Both the position numbers and the translations under genes were made by a program. From Callorhinchus milii (Eukaryota): 64,000 nucleotides of DNA. Location of the stretch: the NCBI RefSeq assembly GCF_018977255.1, contig NW_024704743.1, positions 68,140,001-68,204,000 on the forward strand, given 5' to 3'. Shown one piece after another: positions 12,051 through 25,449 of the stretch (position 1 is the first letter of the stretch; the number at the start of each line of letters is the position of its first letter). Below the pieces are notes generated by a model, which was not told the DNA's origin, did not search any database, and saw only the letters and a program-made list of their open reading frames with translations.

Positions 12051-12669
12051 CAAAGGTATTATTTTTAACTGAGTGTAGATAGAACAAGAAAACAGGGAGT
12101 GATTAGATAATAGGATACACATTGTGCAGCAGCTCTCAAATCGCAGTCTTCTGCTTGTCAGTCTTTTCATCAGCAATAAGCATAAGCTTTATTGTATACA
12201 TTCATAAACAGCATCCCTAATACATAACATAACAACTATTTTACAAACAACTTATCATCCCAAGCCTGACATTTGTAGGAACACAACCCTCCTCTTGTTG
12301 AATATTGCCAAAAGATCTTTTACGTCCACCTGAACAGGCAGACAGTACCTCGATTTAATGTTTCATCCGAAGGAAGGCACCTCCAACAATCCTGCACTCC
12401 TCCACATGTAACGGTAATAATATACAGGTATAGTGATACAAATAATGGAAACCTCTTTCAGTACAGCAAAAACTCCTTCCTAACATGTTTTTCTCATTAA
12501 AAATAATTACAGTATTGTAATTACTCACCACATACCACATTGCCAAATATGTCAGAACAGAAAAAGATCAGGGTTGAAAATATAGAATAGACAGGTTCAA
12601 AAGTCCTTCAGGGATTGAAAGTCAGTCGTCCATTCCAGACATAACTCAATCTTGGAGATATATCAGATT

Positions 12670-13110
12670 TAGTAATAATAAATAATCCTTGCATTTGGTA
12701 TAGTGCCTTTCACTTCAGGAGGACCTCTCAAAGCGTTTCATGGGATAATACACTGCAAAATGCAGTAACTGTGAATGACCAATTTTATTTGGGAGACTGT
12801 TGGTCCTGTTGTGGGTTCAAGCCCCATGTCAGGATTTGGAACTCATATAGTCTAAACTGACATGCCATTGCAGTGCTGGGGGTGTCCTGCATTTTTGGAG
12901 GTGCCGTCCTTCGGATGAGACAAAGGGAGAAAGTTTCTTCTCTTTTCGAATAGTGCCATGGGGTCAGTGTAATGTCTCATCCAAAGGAAGGCACCTCCAA
13001 TAAATCAGCACACCCTCAGCACTGCAACAGAGTGTCAGTTTAGACTATATGACTTCCAAACCCATAATCTTCTGACTCAGAGGTGAGGATGTTGTCACTG
13101 AGCCAGCCTG
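12670..13110. mobile_element. Cluster of Deu-type SINE fragments in both orientations
   Basis: Minus-strand tail at about 12672-12790, plus-strand head at about 12808-12925, minus-strand head at about 12930-13112. Confidence 0.65.
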
Positions 13111-14169
13111 ACATGAGACATACCAAGATATACCCCTATGACAGTGCTTTCGGTCATCGCTCACCCTCCTCACACCCTTCGGTTCCCACCCCCAGCTCAC
13201 GTGCTCAACCAGCATTGTTAAGCACTTTGAAATGTCCGTCTGCTGTGAAAAGTGCTATATAAATGTAAATTGTATTGTGAAGTTCAGAATAACAGTGATC
13301 TGTGACATCTTTTATTAGTTTACTTGGAAAGGAAAATACTGTACAATAGAATTTACATTTATATACGGCTTTCACATCGGGAGGACATCTCAAGTGACTT
13401 CACACTGTGGGAGGGGCACCCAAGGTCAAAGAGGTTAGTTTTGAGATGTGCCTTGAATCAGGGGAACAAGGGAGGGAGTCAATGAATGCAGTAATGTACT
13501 CTATTGCCTGCATTGTGCTGGGAGAAACTACATGTCTCAGATTCATACAGGAAAGATGAGGTATTTGATAGTGTAGGTAGATGATTGGCACTGGGATGTT
13601 CGAGGGAAACAAAGTTGCTTCAACCATGATTTGCCTCACAAAGGTTGTGGTGCTTGCAAGGTCAGCGAAAACAAGGTGACTTCAGCAACAACTACAACAA
13701 CTTGCATTTATATAGCACCCCTCACGCAGGGTAGTGTACCAGAACGCTTGACCGTGGCAGAGTATGACTCCGAGCCGGGGGGAGGGGGAGGTGACCATAG
13801 GCACAGACGAATATGGAGGTCTTCAGGCGCAACCTAAAAATAGGGATGGAAAGAGCAAGGCGGAGGGATAGAGGGATAGGATTTTACTAATTAAAAGGCG
13901 TAGAGAAATGTATTGCTTTATTATCATACCATTTCAGGTTGTGGAAGCTGGCAGAAGAACCATATGTCAAAGGCTACATTTCTCTTGTGGGATATGCCTC
14001 TCCTGAACAGGTGTACTTCCTGCCTAGACCAGTAATAAAAATGTAGCCCAATTTACTTCTTGGAATTGTGCCTCGCTCAGTCATAAATATATGAATAATA
14101 TTTTTAAAAATACTTTTACTCTTTAAGGAACACGGGACCCATTGTAAATTGCTAATACTTGTAATCCTG

Positions 14170-14540
14170 ATAATGACACTTATAAAACATAATTGGTCAC
14201 TCAAACCACGACTATTTGTGGGGCACTGCTGTGCGCAATTGGCTGCCATGTTTTGCCTGCAAAATATACAATCAATTTGCTTTACAGTAAGTACGAAACC
14301 GGTCGTTGGTCAATTGGTGGATCACTTTTCCGAAGGTAATAATTCCTTCAAAAAACAAAAATAAATTGGTCACTCAATCCACGACTGTTTGTGGGACGCT
14401 GCTGTGCACAATTGGCTGCTGCGTTTCACCCACAAAATATACAGTTAATTCACTTTACAGTATATTTTGTGAAGCACTTTGAGACGTTTCAAACATGTGA
14501 TAAGGCGCTATATCAAATGCAAGGATTATTATTATTATTC
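14170..14540 (+). mobile_element. Tandem 5'-truncated young Deu-SINE copies
   Basis: aattggtcactcaa.ccacgact.tttgtggg.c.ctgctgtgc occurs twice; the second copy ends with GCAAGGATTATTATTATT. Confidence 0.85.
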
Positions 14541-15019
14541 TTGCTTTTTATATAGTGCCTTTCACATCAAGAGGATCTCCCAAAGCACAAATTCTGCACA
14601 AGCCAGCACGTTTTGGCTTTCTAACAAGGTTGGAATACATTAATGGGATTAAAAGTACCTGTAAATGAAATCAAATGTTTAATGTTTTTGAAAATATAGA
14701 AATCTGATGGCCAGTCATCAACAGTCACCTAACATGGTCCAATCAGTGGATTTATGGGGTTACCTTATTTATTTAAAATGAACAAAAAAAAGCTCTAGAA
14801 TTTTTGGCTGTAGGGACAAATCTCCACCTCCCCACCCCACCCCCACCGAACCAAACAAATACACTCTTTCCCCAAATTCTGTTTCACATTTTAATTAACA
14901 TTCAATATGCTCTGTATGGAATTGGATCTCTAATGAGGGCTGGATTTAGATCAACTGGATGTCCTCCACAGAACAGCTTGACACTGTTCACTGTAGGATT
15001 CCCACATGAATAATTGAAA

Positions 15020-15230
15020 AATGCCTACTTGGGCAAATTATTGGAGGGTGACTGACATCTATGCAACCATATCCCAGCAGGAGGAAATGGAATTAAAATA
15101 CTTACAGGAGAAGTGGAATGGAGAATATTATAAGACAACAATTACCAAATCAAAGCAATTATTTAAGATAACCACAAACTGGTTTCAACCTCCACCAAGA
15201 AAGGTCATGCAATATGCTGGTTAGTCCTAT
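15020..15230 (+). mobile_element. Possible L1-clade ORF2 C-terminal remnant
   Basis: DIYATISQQEEMELKYLQEKW...KQLFKITTNWFQPPPRK resembles the IY..L....LK.KW...QFKI...WY.TP.K region of fish L1 ORF2. Confidence 0.4.
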
Positions 15231-17004
15231 TGTCTAATCCCCACACAGACTGACAAATTCCTTCTACACAGCTCCAGCAATAAAGAAAAAATGAGTTTGA
15301 AACTTGGGTCTGCATCATTGTTAAGGGTATTTGAATGTCAAAATTAGAGTAATACACAAAATGTATCTGGTTACCCTTTCTAAGCAGAATAAGAAATACT
15401 AGTGATCCCTCTGCTAGTAATTCAATTCAACATTAGCTGAAATCATGCAACAACAATTTTACAACAGCAGCTTCATGCGGGGTAGTATCCCAGAGCACAC
15501 AATTTTACATTTATATAGCACCTTTCACATTGGGAGGACATCTCAAAGTGCTCCATAGAGCCGACTAAGATTCTGGAATGGGGTGGTGGGGGGAGGAATG
15601 CTGAGAAAGATGAGAGGAACTAAGAAGAAAGATGTAAAGCCAGACTTTAAAGGAAAGGAGAGTTGGGGCTGAGTTCTAGAGAGTGAAGGCAGATATGGCT
15701 GAAAGCTTCACACTGATGGTGGGAGGGTTAGTCAGGGAGACATGAAGCAGGGTAGGGAGTGGTTGGGATGGTAGAGATGGTAGAATTAGGGTGAGGTGAA
15801 GCCAAATTCATACAAGGGAACCCCAATGCCTCGGGATGTCCTCCCGATGTGAATGGCACTATACAAGTGTAAATTTGTATTGTATTGTATCAGCATTGTG
15901 ACCAGAACCGAGCATTTGACCGTTGTCAATGAGTCTGGTATTTATTTTGCTTGTGTTGAACAACAGGACAAAGCAGAGAATATCTAGTGCATAGTGAAAC
16001 CCTGGTTCAGGAAGGTTTGCTCAACCTCCTTGTCAAGGAAGTGATAAAGGTGAGAGGGCAACTTTAGGGTCAGAATGCATACCTTCACACCTGCAGACTG
16101 AGTGCAATGTGATGGGAATCAAAGTAAACGAGAGCTGCCACCAATCAAATGGTCTTCTAAATGGTACAACAACAGCAGACAAATTCTAGGCAACTGGAAT
16201 AAATAAACATACAGAATAAAGTTATAAGATATAAAACATATATAATATACTTAACTGCATAAATCACCTAAAACGAAACAATTTTTTATATAAAAGAACA
16301 AGTGTCTATCTGTCAAAAGCACTTGTCACCCATACTTGTTTTAGCCATCATTTTTAATTTAGCTGATTTATCAGTGACAGATGTACATCAATAGTTTCTT
16401 CACTCCATTCATACTAATATCTACAGTGTCAAATTCTTGTCTAGTCCTATTAACCCTGCAAGTCCCTACTTGGAGAAGCAGTGGGAAGCTTATCAAACAG
16501 TGCTTCCAATAACACTCTGTGCACTCTTAGCTGGTAATTCCAGCAGCACTCCGACACACACATGGGTCCCAATGCATACTCTAAAGTTCCCTCTTACCAA
16601 CCTGTGCCTAAAACGTCCCAGAATTAGGGAAGAGGTGTGTTCCTCCAGAGTACATTCCATCCCAGATAAAGGGAAATTCCATGCTGGGGTGGAAACATAT
16701 GTAATTTGGATTCGCTTAAGCATGGTGATGGGTTTCCGTATGTGTCAGATACTCGGCTGACCAACAAATATTCAATCACTCTCTCAATTATTCCGTCTTC
16801 CAAATTCAGAAATAGCCACAAAATGTTACATTAAATTCTCAGGTTCTTTTATAGTTCCCATTCATTATAGACCAACCTCAAAAGTTACTCATGATATTTG
16901 AATTCCACACCATAACATCCCTCTGAGCGAAGACATTTCTTCTCACCTGTTCCCTGATTCTTCTGCTGACAGCCCTGGGTGTAAAAAACTGATTTTTGTA
17001 GGTG

Positions 17005-17435
17005 TTGATCTGGCTCAGTTGCTAGCACACTTGCCTCTGAGTCAGAAAGTTGCAGGTTCAAGGAACACATTGGGATTTGAACACACACAGTCTAGGTTGA
17101 CACTTCAACTTCAGTGCTGGGGGTGCACTACAATGTTGGAAGTGCTGTGCTTTGGATGAATGCAAAGTCGAGTCTGCCTTTTCAAGTGGACATTATAGAT
17201 CCCAATTCTACTACTCGAAAAGAGAAGTGAGTTTCTCCTGGTGTTCTGGACAACAGTCCTCCAGATAAAAATTGGTCATTTGGTTTATGGCTGTTTTTGA
17301 GACAATGTTGTGCGCATATTGGTTGCTGTGATCACCTACAAAATACACAGTCACCACACATCACAATAAATCCTTTAAGTGTTCTGAGACGTTACCTTGT
17401 GTGAAGTGTGCAAACCATAAGTGCAAGTTGTTGCT
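17005..17435 (+). mobile_element. Old Deu-type tRNA-SINE, near complete
   Basis: tggctcagttgctagcacacttgcctctgagtcagaaag, then the Deu core, then ataagtgcaagttgttg. Confidence 0.8.
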
Positions 17436-18729
17436 GTGGAAGTGCTTTGAGAATACAAAGATTATTATCATTATAAAATCTTCAAAGCCAAATGTGGGAA
17501 AGATCCATTCAATGTGGAGTGAAAGTAAAGTGCTTTCATTGTGTGATGAATCATTCATTTTCCTTCAAACTCCTCATTGTATCCTGTCTTCCACCACACA
17601 ATTCATCAAACTAATTAGAAACAAATATCCAGTTATTTCAATAAAGTATTGGTTATGGTCCCTCTTCAGACACTAACGTATTTGTCAGACTAATATTTTT
17701 TGCATTGGAGCACATTGTTTGAATTATGGATTACACAGAATTCCTAACACACCTGCGATATTACTGTAAAGAGTCATGTGCAATGTTTTCCTACCAAAAA
17801 AACAGAATTGCTCGGTTCTGCTATGCACAGATCCAGCCATGCAAGAAACGTGTCCGTCAGCACTTTTATAATGGAGCGGGCAAGGTAAACTTTGAATCCA
17901 AGCTGTTCGATCTTTTTATTTGTCTGCATGACTTACAATGTATTGATGAGTTAATATAAATGGCTACAATTGTTACAAACCAATGTTTCTTCCTGAGAAA
18001 ACATTGCACTCGTCTTCATTTATAAAACACAGTCATTCATTCCATGATACTCCTTAGCCTCCATCAAGTCCCACCTCAAGACCCTCCTCTTCGACCATGC
18101 CATTGGCCACCCCGCTTCCTCTCCCCTCCCTTCCCCTCCCAACCCCAGCTCGCGTCTGAAATGTTGTACTCTGTCCAGCGCCTTGAGATGTCCTCCCGAC
18201 GTGAAAGGTGCTATGCAAATGTAGTCTTGTTGTTGTTGTTGATACAGTATATTCTGTGAAGCGCTTCGAGGTATCTTCCCAACATGAAAAGAACAAAAGC
18301 AAATGTGAGAATTATTTTTATTATTAATTTTATTATTACCTCAGTAAGGATTTGACTTTCTTGTACCAGGTTTATATCTGTCCTAAAATGTTTGAATGTC
18401 ACGTCTCTTTATCAAGATTTATGACTTCAAATTGTTCTTAGAAGTTTTTGTATTACCATGTCATTCAATAGCTTAAATTCAAAGGCAACAAAACAAATGA
18501 ATGTTTAAACATTGACAGGACAATGATTGTAATTCAACTTAACTCACACTTGAATTGTAATGTTACAGTGGCTCTCTACCCATATAAGTGGAAACATTTT
18601 ATGACTGCACCAGTTAGGAACCAGAATTGAAGGCCCTCACAATAAAATGAGCCTTACGATTGAAGCCCTAAAGCTCTACAAAGGAGCTAAAAAATGTATT
18701 TAAAGAAATATTCCAAGACAAGTACCTAT

Positions 18730-18980
18730 TGAAACTGTGCCGATAGCGCCATTTAAAAGGAAATTAGATAAACATTTGAAAAGTGAAGATATAAAACGAT
18801 ATGTGGAAAGAGCAGGTAATGAGAAAGATGGAGTAGATAGCTCCAGTAGAGAGTTAGTACAGTACATATAGGAATAAGATTAATAATATACAAGACTGTA
18901 AAAGACCAATGTGATCTACCACATTGGCTTAATAGGTTGAATGGCCTCATTTTTGTGCTGCAATTTTTAAGATTCTATGA
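18730..18980 (+). mobile_element. CR1 LINE 3' fragment
   Basis: tttaaaaggaaattagataaacatttg...ggttgaatggcctcattttgtgctg...gattctatga, a CR1-type 3' end. Confidence 0.65.
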
Positions 18981-19669
18981 TGAGACCTCACAATAAATCA
19001 AGTATTATTGTTATAAAATGTAGCTCTCCACTCAATGTATTTTTTAAAAAGAAACATCATTTATGAGTAAAAGTAAAATCCAGCTCATTGTATTATGACT
19101 GATGTCCTGATTAGAGCCAAAATGTTCTCAGTGCCGCTGAGCTTGAAGTATGAAACATAGGAGCATAGTAATGTACAGGAACAGAAGACTATTAGAGTCC
19201 ATCCAGCCAATACCAAAGTAAAACAAAGTGTAGCATAGCTCTCATAGTCATCATTCAATTTCTTCCAATTCTCTCTTGAATTTGCTGACACAGTTGCTCC
19301 ACATACTTCACTGGTCTATTTCACGTATTCACTACTGTCCGTTTAAAGTAATTTTTTGAAGACAGGTTTTGTTGCTGACTAAGCTTCCACCAATTTCCTT
19401 CCTCAGCCTTACTTTCAAAACAATTTTAGGATTTTCAAACTGCTTATCTTTTACCTCTCTTTACTCTCCTTCCAGGCCACTGTGCTCCTAGAGTCAAGAG
19501 GTTAAGTGGATGAGCAGCTTGTTCCAAAGCCAGTCCAAATATAATTCTTAAGAAAACATGAGAGATCAGCTTAGTGCTGACCCACCTTCCCTTTAAGGAG
19601 TCATTTTAATGCTCCAAGACTCCTCCACGCATGAAGCGCTCTATATAAATGCAAGTTGTTGTTGTTGAG

Positions 19670-20882
19670 GAGTCTCTACTCTTGCTGCAAACGCGTTGTC
19701 GCAAATCAACTTCGCTCACACCTTGCCCTCCACTCCCTACTTAAACCCCTCCAGTCCGGTTTGCGCCCAGCCCACAGCACAGAGACAGCGCTTGTTAAAG
19801 TGACAAATGACGTCCTCTCTCTCTGTGACCAGGGGTCCCTCTGCCTCCTTGTCCTCCTCGACCTCTTCGCTCTGTTCAACACAGCCAACCTCGTCATCCT
19901 CCTCCACCGTCTCTCCTCCCTCATCCACCTTAGTGAGACCGTGCTCCCATGGTTCGAGTCCTGCTTAACTAACCACCAGCTCTCCATCTCGGCCAATGAT
20001 TTTTCCTCTTGCCGCCTCCCAGTGACCTGCAGGGTACCCCAAGGCTCCATCCTTCTTCTCCTAATCTGCACACTCCCTCTCAGTGATGTCATCCGCAGAC
20101 ATGGGGTCAATATACACATGTATGCGGATGACACCCAAATCTACTTCTCCTCCAGCTGCGACTCTCAATCCATTGGTATCCTGTCAGCTTGTTTGAACCT
20201 GTACACAACTTAGACGTCATGTTCGATCCCCAGCTTTCCTTTCTATCCTACATCTGTTCCCTGACTAGGATCGCTTTTTTCCACCTCAGTCACATTGTCC
20301 GTCTCCGTCCGTACCTCAAACCGATGCAAACCCTCAGCCACATCTTCGTCACTTCCCAGCTGGACTATTTCAATGCCCTCCTCGCTGGTCTTCCACCTCC
20401 ACCATACACAAAATATAATGTATTCAAACCTCCGCTGACCAGATACTCACCCGCACAAAACTTTGTACCCCTATTACACCAGCCCTAGCCAGGATCCACT
20501 GACTCCCAATCACTGAATGGATCAATTTCAAGATCCTCTCACTCATTTTCAAATCCCTTCATGCCCTCGCATCTCCCCACCTATCCGACTTGGTTACCCT
20601 TACACTCCACCACCCACTGCTTCCGCTTGGCTGGCTCAGCCCATCCCGTGCCTTCAGCCACTTAGCCTCAAAACTCTGGAACTCTCTCCCTCAATCCCTC
20701 CACCTTACCCCCTCTCCCCCCACCTTCAAATCCCGCCTAAAGACCTTCATTTTTTATTATGCTTATGGTCTCCTCCCCCACTTCCCTCTAACCCTGGCTC
20801 GTTGTCAGACTCCTCCACTGTGAAGCTCTCTGAGATGCTACACTGCGTGAAGGATGCTATATAAATGCAAGTTGTTGTTGTG
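19670..20882 (+). mobile_element. 5'-truncated L2 LINE (RT to tail)
   Basis: ORF 19656-20213 contains [32 protein letters not shown]; tail ataaatgcaagttgttgttg. Confidence 0.92.
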
Positions 20883-23589
20883 CTACTCTTTATTTCCAAA
20901 AGCAGTGTAAATCCACTGGCAACTCAGCACAATAAGAGGATTGAATCATGGTTCCAGTAGTCTGTGGTGTTATTTGCCAGTGTTACAATTCTAATTGCTT
21001 TTAAAATATTGAATATTAAATTGTATTTCAAGCTAAATGTACAAAGATAAGGCCATTGTGGGAACTATCCCTGAGGAACTTGCGAATGCCATTGAATTGT
21101 AATAAAAAGCACCAGAGGTGAGTTTCCCAATCCTGCATATGTTTTCTTTTAGGCAGGGGGCATGAAGCAGTTCATAGTTGGCGCAGTGGAGGATGTGACT
21201 GAGAGATGGGTAGAGCAAGGCTGTCAGAGGCATTGAAGGTTAGGAAGGACGAAGACCTTAATCTATTTTCGATGGGGTCATGGAGCCCAGTGTGGGAGAG
21301 AACGTGGGCTGTGTAGTTCTGGGTGATGTCGAACTTGTGGAGGGTAGAGCTGGAGACGCTGGCATGCAGTGTGATGGAAAAGTCAAAACTGGAATAGTGA
21401 GTGACGTGGATGAGAGTTGTGGCTGCGTTGATAGTGGTGGAAGTGGATAATGCTGCTGAGCTGGAGGAAAGTGGGCTTGGTCAGAGCCAGGTGAAAGGCT
21501 TAAATAGAATTGAGGTTTCGAGCAAATTGCTGAGGTTCTGCACAAGCTCTGTGAGCTGGAATGAGAAACCAGGAAGGTTGATAGAATGAATGCCTGAGGT
21601 GGGGAGGCACTAGCAGGAGGCAAGCAGGATAGCCTCCTTTTGTCCACATTGAATTGGAAAAAATAGAGCTCATCCAGGACTTCACATTGTCACAGGTATC
21701 AAGTCTTGGATAAGCTTTAACTTTGAAATTGTCCTTTGTTCGGTTTTAGATCTCACTGAATCCTTCATATTAGAATTTATGACCTGAGAATTTGGCCTGA
21801 ATCACTGTGTACAAGTGAGATTCAGGGCAGGAGAGTTGTAATCCACCGGGTTCCAGTTCATTTTATTTGTGCTGTCGACTGGAATTTGCATCTGCTGTGA
21901 CCACCCCTCCTAACTTTCCCTGATCATGTTTTTATGATACATCGCATGCTGTTTCTTTTCTACTCGAATTCCTGATCCACAGTGAGCAGTTAAAATTGAA
22001 ATTAATATTTAATAATAAATAAAATGGAGATTGTGTATTTCTTCATTTCTAGCAGCCAATTTTTGCTGCATGTAATTATGCTGTTTGACTTTCTGCTGTT
22101 TGCACATCTTATTCTGCATTGGTTGGTGAGATTTCACAGTGAAATTAGGGTAATTCACCTGTTCAGTGGTATGAATGGGAGTTTTTTTTGTCTCTTTGAT
22201 TTTTAATTTATCTTAATACTCAATGTCTGTGCAACTGTGAAACACATCTTTTAAAAAAAGACTGTACAAATCCCAGAACTTCCGATAGTTATTGTAACTC
22301 TTACAATAATAATAATCTGTGCATTTAATAATTATGGTATTACTGCATGTATTGTCATTGGAAAGCCTTCATAGAAGAGTTTCAATAGAAAAGAACAGGC
22401 ATTAGCTTCTGCAAATAACAACATTTGATCTGCACTGTATTGTGCAACAATGCTGAAATGGATTCTATTGTTGTATCTCAGTAATGAAGTCAGTGGAAAT
22501 CTTAATAGCGATTAAAGAATTCTACTCTGTCACTTGTTGAAGTGACTAATACTGTAATTTTGTGGAGATTTATGGTACATTATAATGCTCTATTACACAT
22601 AGTTGCAAGTAACTTACATCTGCATTGTGTGAGAACAAATTTGAATTATAGTATATCATTTTGGATAAGACTTTAAACTGAGGCCTGTCTGTCTATTCAG
22701 GTGGACATTAAAGATCCCATGGAAATAGAAGGCAGAAACAGAAGGGAGTTTCTCCCAATGTCCTGGCTAACACTCCCTCAGATAAAATTGGTCATTCACT
22801 TCATGGCTGTTTGTGGGACATTGCTGTATGCAAATTGGCTCCCGTGTTTGCTTACATATACAGTCACTACACTCTACAGTAAAGTCCTGTGAAGGACTTT
22901 GAAAGATTTTGCTGACGTGATGGGTTAGATATAATAATAATCCTTATAATCCTTGCATTTGATATAGCACCTTATCAGGTCTTTGAGACGTCTCAAAGCG
23001 CTTCACAGAATATACTGTAAAGTGAATTGTGTATATTTTGTGGGCGAAATTTGGAAGGATGAGCTCAAATGGGACAAAGGGTCTTCTTCTGAATCAATCT
23101 TGTGATCTGGTAGCAATATATGACAAGTAAAAAATGACAATAGAAGATGAAACAGATGAATTGGGGAGAAAGACTGCGCTTTAAAGAATATGAAATGCAT
23201 GTTTAAGATAAATTCAGAAGGAAAGAAAAAAATGTAGATTATTCTTATACAAACCAGGAAATAAATAAGTTGCAACCCCCCAAAAATCTTTTCATTTATA
23301 AATTCTCTTTGGCGAGAAAGTTGTGCACTGTGTTATGTGGGTTTAGATATCCAATTGCTTGCAAATATTATTCCCTAACCAATACTAGCATAACTCACAA
23401 CGCGATCAGCACAGCTCCCTAAACCTGCCGGCCATCATCTTTACGTTTCCTCCCTGGAATTTTATTTAGACTTTTTCTAAATTGGAGAGTTGAAATGTTA
23501 CTATTAGGATCCAAAAATAGAGCTTTCATTGGGGATTTCACAGGGGAGGGTGAATTTCCTCTGGAATTTTCTTCCCTGATTATCAGTCT

Positions 23590-23850
23590 GATTAAAATTA
23601 GAAATGACAGCTCTGCAGAGCTGACATTCTTGAGTACCTTCCTAGTGAGTGGTAAAGTTCCTTGCAAGTTTACACCAGCAATAGTTGGGAAACAAAATGC
23701 CCAGTGGTCAATATTATGTTGTTTGCATTTGCTATCAGAAAGAACAAGTTATCAAGCGTTGCAAGTATTGTGCTAAACAGAGGAGCAAGTGTGGCAACCT
23801 ACCACTTACTCTTAAGAAGACAACTTATCCCAGGAGGTGTGAAGGTAAGT
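23590..23850 (+). pseudogene. Possible decayed Myb/SANT-like (Harbinger ORF2-type) exon
   Basis: Across frameshifts: KIRNDSSAELTFL / SWETKCPVVN...AIR / KEQVIKRCK, echoing NFS..EL..L ... W..IA..VN ... RT.EQV.KRW. Ends at donor AAG|GTAAGT near 23844. Confidence 0.35.
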
Positions 23851-24289
23851 AAATGATCTTAAACAAAGAGCCAAAGTAAGATGCGACAAGCCTGCTCTTC
23901 AACTGTGCTTACGGCCACCTCCCACCTCCCCCTGGCTTAGAGTCAGCTCCAGCCACTGTTAAGCACCCTGAGATGCTACCCTGTGTGGAGGACGCTATAT
24001 AAGTGCAAGTTGTTGTTGTTGCTGCTCCTTACTGTTGCTGACGAAGTGGACGAGACAATCAGATACAAACCATAAAACATAGAACAATAAACAATGATGT
24101 ATAACACATGCATTGTCAGCAGGCCAGATAAATAAAAAATACTCTCATTGTGTTGCTGTGAGATATTTAAATTGCTAAAGGGAAATAATATTCTACTGCG
24201 GCATTCTGTTTTATCAGCAGCAAAGAAAGTCAAAGTTCCTCGTAATTAATTATACTCATTTTTGGGAAAGTCGAAATAGGTCAAACAGG

Positions 24290-25449
24290 TACTATATTCT
24301 TTTGGTAACAGATTTCATATTGTATCAATGCACAGTCTGCTTCCTGTGACCAAGTATTGTCTGGAAACTCCTGGATATCTGCTTCTCTCTGATCCACCAT
24401 CTCTTGCAGTTTCAATTGTTCTGTTGGTATCCCCAATCCCCTTCTAGTAGTCAGTCTGTGCAGTATTATATCACCCATAAACAACAACAACAAATTACAA
24501 TGTATAGGGTCTTTCACATCGGGAAGATGTCTCAAGGTGCTGGACAGTCAGGGATTTGGACGGGGGAAATGCAATAGGCCAGGACCTGCTGAGTGGAGGG
24601 AGCGACAGATTGATATTGCATTAGTAGATCCCAGAGGTAGGGAGGAGCAAGTCCGTGGAGAGCTTTGAAGGTGAAGGCAAGGACGATCATTTATTATTCA
24701 GAATAATTCCACAAGTTTTCTCAGCCAATTGGTCCAGCTTTCCAGCTGATGTAACACTACCTTGGATACACCATTGAAATCAGTGCATTCAACATTACTT
24801 CTCAGAAGCCATCCTTTACCTTGGATTCTTCCTCAAACAACTCTGGCACTGCAGAGGCTTTCAGGATAAATGCATCACGAGTGGAAATGTTGGACTGACT
24901 TGCATCATCTTCTGGTAGTCACATACCATCTGCACATGTAACAAATGAAATCCTTTTCTATTGATGTGGGCAAGCGGGTGTCAAAGTGGAGGACATATGG
25001 CAACATGGGTGCAATCTGTTATGCCTTGAACCCATGGATGTAAAATTCCTTCTGCCTTTCCTTCTGCTTCATTTCATTGCTCGAAAAATGGATCTACTCT
25101 CCAGATGGCAGATGGCATTCATGTTTTACTCTATGTATTGTGAAATAAACAGTTGGCTTGTATCAGCCATCTCTCCATCAGTGGTCTGAAAAGAGCCACA
25201 AACATAAAAGCTGAGTGTTACCTTTACAATCTTTGACAGCCTGCAGATGCTGCAACGATTGCCTGAAGCACTGAAACCCTACAAAGCTCAAACCTCTTCA
25301 AGCACGTGCAGGGAGGAAACTCTCGCTATGGATTGCCTTATTCCCTTGAGTACTGTTCTGCCATTTGGCAGCTGAAAGTGAAGTGTGTTGATCTCTTCCT
25401 ACCCATTTTCCTTCAGTAGTAGCCCTCCTTCCCAGCTATCAGCACCCAT
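24290..25449 (-). pseudogene. Decayed PIF/Harbinger (HARBI1-like) DDE transposase
   Basis: Manual minus-strand translation: TLSFYVCGSFQTTDGEMADTSQ; WVQGITDCTHVAI; INRKGFHLLHVQMVCD; TRDAFILKASAVPELFE..GWLL; SAGKLDQLAEKTCGII; IILHRLTTRRG. These match the Harbinger motifs in order. Stops and frameshifts are present, plus an L2 insertion at about 24480-24685. Confidence 0.85.
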
